In this document: positions 61,421 through 64,000 of the stretch, piece after piece
How positions within the stretch are numbered: the first letter of the stretch is position 1
How the letters are laid out: each line of letters starts with the position of its first letter
DNA from: a virus
Lineage: Duplodnaviria > Caudoviricetes
Length of the DNA: 64,000 nt
Direction: 5' to 3' (one strand)
IMG/VR virus record: IMGVR_UViG_2751186034_000001
Location: 9,246 to 73,245 of that record
Made by a program: the position numbers and the translations under genes
Notes under the pieces: generated by a model
The model's database searches: none
Told to the model about the DNA's origin: nothing
The model's input: the letters and a program-made list of their open reading frames with translations, nothing else

Positions 61421-64000
61421 ATGACAGACCTTTCAAGCCACACCCCAATGATGCAGCAGTACTGGCGCTTGAAAAACCAGCACCCTGATCAGTTGATGTT
61501 CTACCGCATGGGCGACTTCTACGAGATCTTCTACGAAGACGCGAAGAAGGCTGCCAAGTTGCTGGACATCACGCTGACCGCGCGCGGGCAGTCGGCGGGG
61601 CAGTCAATTCCGATGTGTGGGATTCCTTACCACTCCCTCGAAGGCTATCTGGCCAAGCTGGTAAAGCTGGGCGAGTCGGTGGTGATCTGCGAGCAGATCG
61701 GCGATCCGGCCACCAGCAAAGGCCCGGTGGAACGTCAGGTGGTGCGCATCATTACGCCGGGTACGGTGAGTGATGAAGCGCTGCTGGATGAGCGTCGCGA
61801 TAACTTGATCGCGGCGGTGCTGGGGGATGAGCGCTTGTTCGGCCTGGCCGTGCTGGATATCACCAGCGGCAATTTCACAGTCCTGGAGATCAAGGGCTGG
61901 GAGAACCTCCTGGCGGAGCTGGAGCGCATTAATCCCGTGGAGTTGCTGATCCCGGACGATTGGCCCAAGGATTTGCCGGCGGAAAAACGGCGTGGGACCA
62001 AACGTCGCGCGCCGTGGGATTTCGAGCGTGACTCGGCGCTCAAGAGCCTGTGCCAGCAATTCTCCGTGCAAGACCTTAAAGGCTTCGGTTGCGAAACCCT
62101 GACCCTGGCCATCGGCGCCGCCGGTTGCCTGCTCAGCTATGCCAAGGAAACCCAGCGCACCGCCCTGCCGCACTTGCGCAGCCTGCGCCACGAACGCTTG
62201 GACGATACCGTGGTGCTCGATGGCGCCAGCCGTCGCAACCTGGAGCTGGACACCAATCTGGCCGGCGGGCGCGACAATACTTTGCAATCGGTGGTCGACC
62301 GTTGCCAGACCGCCATGGGCAGCCGCCTGCTGACCCGTTGGCTGAACCGTCCGCTGCGGGATCTGAAGGTGCTGCAAGCACGCCAATCCTCCATCACCTG
62401 CCTGCTGGATGGTTACCGCTTTGAAAAGCTGCAGCCGCAGCTCAAGGAAATCGGCGATATCGAGCGCATTCTGGCGCGGATCGGCCTGCGAAATGCGCGC
62501 CCGCGCGACCTGGCGCGCCTGCGCGATGCGCTCGGCGCCCTGCCGCAATTGCAAGCAGCCATGACGGAACTGGACGCGCCGCACCTGCAACAACTGGCCG
62601 TGACCACCAGCACCTACCCGGAACTGGCGGCGCTGCTGGAAAAAGCCATCATCGATAACCCGCCGGCCATCATCCGTGACGGTGGCGTACTGAAGACCGG
62701 TTACGACAGCGAACTGGATGAGTTGCAAGCCCTGAGCGAAAACGCCGGGCAATTCCTTATCGACCTGGAAGCCCGCGAAAAAGCCCGCACTGGCCTGGCC
62801 AATCTGAAGGTCGGCTACAACCGCGTGCATGGCTACTTTATCGAGCTGCCCAGCAAACAGGCCGAGCAGGCACCGATCGACTATCAGCGCCGCCAGACAC
62901 TTAAAGGTGCCGAACGCTTTATCACCCCGGAGCTTAAGGAGTTCGAAGACAAGGCACTGTCAGCCAAAAGCCGAGCCTTGGCGCGGGAAAAGATGCTGTA
63001 TGAGGCGCTGCTCGAAGACTTGATCGGCCAACTGGCGCCGCTGCAAGACACGGCTGCAGCGTTGTCGGAACTGGACGTGTTGAGCAACCTGGCCGAACGC
63101 GCCCTCAACCTCGACCTCAACTGTCCGCGGTTCGTCAGCGAGCCATGCATGCGCATCGTGCAGGGGCGTCACCCGGTGGTGGAGCAGGTGCTGACCACGC
63201 CGTTCGTCGCCAACGATCTGTCGCTGGATGACGATACCCGCATGCTGGTGATCACCGGTCCGAATATGGGCGGTAAATCCACCTACATGCGCCAGACGGC
63301 GTTGATCGTGTTGTTGGCGCATATCGGCAGTTTTGTGCCGGCGGCCAGTTGCGAGCTGTCCCTGGTAGACCGGATTTTCACCCGGATCGGCTCCAGCGAC
63401 GACCTGGCCGGTGGGCGTTCGACCTTTATGGTGGAAATGAGCGAGACCGCCAATATCCTGCATAACGCTACCGAACGCAGCCTGGTGCTGATGGACGAAG
63501 TGGGTCGCGGCACCAGCACCTTCGACGGGCTGTCCCTGGCTTGGGCCGCCGCCGAGCGCCTGGCACACCTACGCGCCTACACGCTGTTCGCCACCCACTA
63601 TTTCGAGCTGACCGTACTACCGGAAAGCGAGCCGCTGGTGGCCAACGTGCACTTGAACGCGACCGAGCACAACGAGCGTATCGTGTTTCTGCACCATGTA
63701 TTGCCGGGGCCGGCCAGTCAAAGCTACGGCCTGGCTGTTGCGCAACTGGCCGGTGTGCCGGACGACGTGATCAGCCGCGCCCGCGAACACCTCAGTCGCC
63801 TGGAAACCACTGCGTTACCCCACGAAACTGCGGTAGTCAGTCCCGCCAAGACTCAGCGACAAAGTGCCGCGCCACATCAGAGCGATCTCTTCGCCAGCCT
63901 GCCCCACCCCGTGCTGGATGAACTGGCCAAGCTGGAGCTGGACGATCTGACGCCGCGTAAAGCACTCGAAATGTTATATGCACTGAAGACTCGGATATAA
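61421..64000 (+). CDS. mutS: DNA mismatch repair protein MutS with phage-supplied 5' end
   Basis: 859 aa; [30 protein letters not shown] and ATHYFEL motifs; stop at 64000. Confidence 0.98.
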   Translation: MTDLSSHTPMMQQYWRLKNQHPDQLMFYRMGDFYEIFYEDAKKAAKLLDITLTARGQSAGQSIPMCGIPYHSLEGYLAKLVKLGESVVICEQIGDPATSKGPVERQVVRIITPGTVSDEALLDERRDNLIAAVLGDERLFGLAVLDITSGNFTVLEIKGWENLLAELERINPVELLIPDDWPKDLPAEKRRGTKRRAPWDFERDSALKSLCQQFSVQDLKGFGCETLTLAIGAAGCLLSYAKETQRTALPHLRSLRHERLDDTVVLDGASRRNLELDTNLAGGRDNTLQSVVDRCQTAMGSRLLTRWLNRPLRDLKVLQARQSSITCLLDGYRFEKLQPQLKEIGDIERILARIGLRNARPRDLARLRDALGALPQLQAAMTELDAPHLQQLAVTTSTYPELAALLEKAIIDNPPAIIRDGGVLKTGYDSELDELQALSENAGQFLIDLEAREKARTGLANLKVGYNRVHGYFIELPSKQAEQAPIDYQRRQTLKGAERFITPELKEFEDKALSAKSRALAREKMLYEALLEDLIGQLAPLQDTAAALSELDVLSNLAERALNLDLNCPRFVSEPCMRIVQGRHPVVEQVLTTPFVANDLSLDDDTRMLVITGPNMGGKSTYMRQTALIVLLAHIGSFVPAASCELSLVDRIFTRIGSSDDLAGGRSTFMVEMSETANILHNATERSLVLMDEVGRGTSTFDGLSLAWAAAERLAHLRAYTLFATHYFELTVLPESEPLVANVHLNATEHNERIVFLHHVLPGPASQSYGLAVAQLAGVPDDVISRAREHLSRLETTALPHETAVVSPAKTQRQSAAPHQSDLFASLPHPVLDELAKLELDDLTPRKALEMLYALKTRI
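61438..61461 (+). repeat. attR core
   Basis: CCACACCCCaATGATGCAGCAGTA, matching 4102-4125. Confidence 0.9.

Larger units (their letters stand above)
4102..61461. mobile_element. Lambdoid siphovirus prophage (~57.3 kb) integrated in the 5' end of mutS
   Basis: Flanking att repeats, int/xis at the right end, and immunity, replication, packaging, head, tail and lysis modules with no obvious disruption. Confidence 0.95.

Noticed and set aside
1-64000. tRNA, rRNA or IS elements
   Set aside because: No cloverleaf, rRNA-like sequence, transposase or terminal inverted repeats recognised by eye; tRNAscan-SE and ISEScan would be needed to exclude them.

Overview
Pseudomonas (fluorescens-group-like) chromosomal window. 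1-3852 is the head of the mutS-adjacent R-type tailocin locus on the minus strand: PrtR-like repressor, a ~350-nt non-coding leader, holin, gpV, gpW and partial gpJ. About 4102-61461 is an apparently complete ~57.3-kb lambdoid siphovirus prophage inserted in the first codons of mutS. The host 5' end ([18 protein letters not shown]) is stranded at 4073, and the phage supplies a synonymously recoded replacement ([14 protein letters not shown]) that restores full-length MutS at 61421-64000. The prophage carries int/xis, RecT/YqaJ, a cI/cro switch with 17-bp operators, O/DnaB, NinG, a Q-position gene, packaging, head and tail genes, and a split lysis cassette. Accessory cargo includes a HipA-like kinase plus DUF3037 pair in a 6-kb rex-position slot, a TonB_C lipoprotein, a BamE-like lipoprotein, a proteasome-beta-like Ntn hydrolase, a T4 Imm-like protein, SRAP, a repeat-expanded C5 methyltransferase and a four-member small-domain family. 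All family assignments come from motif recognition by eye; no database search was run.
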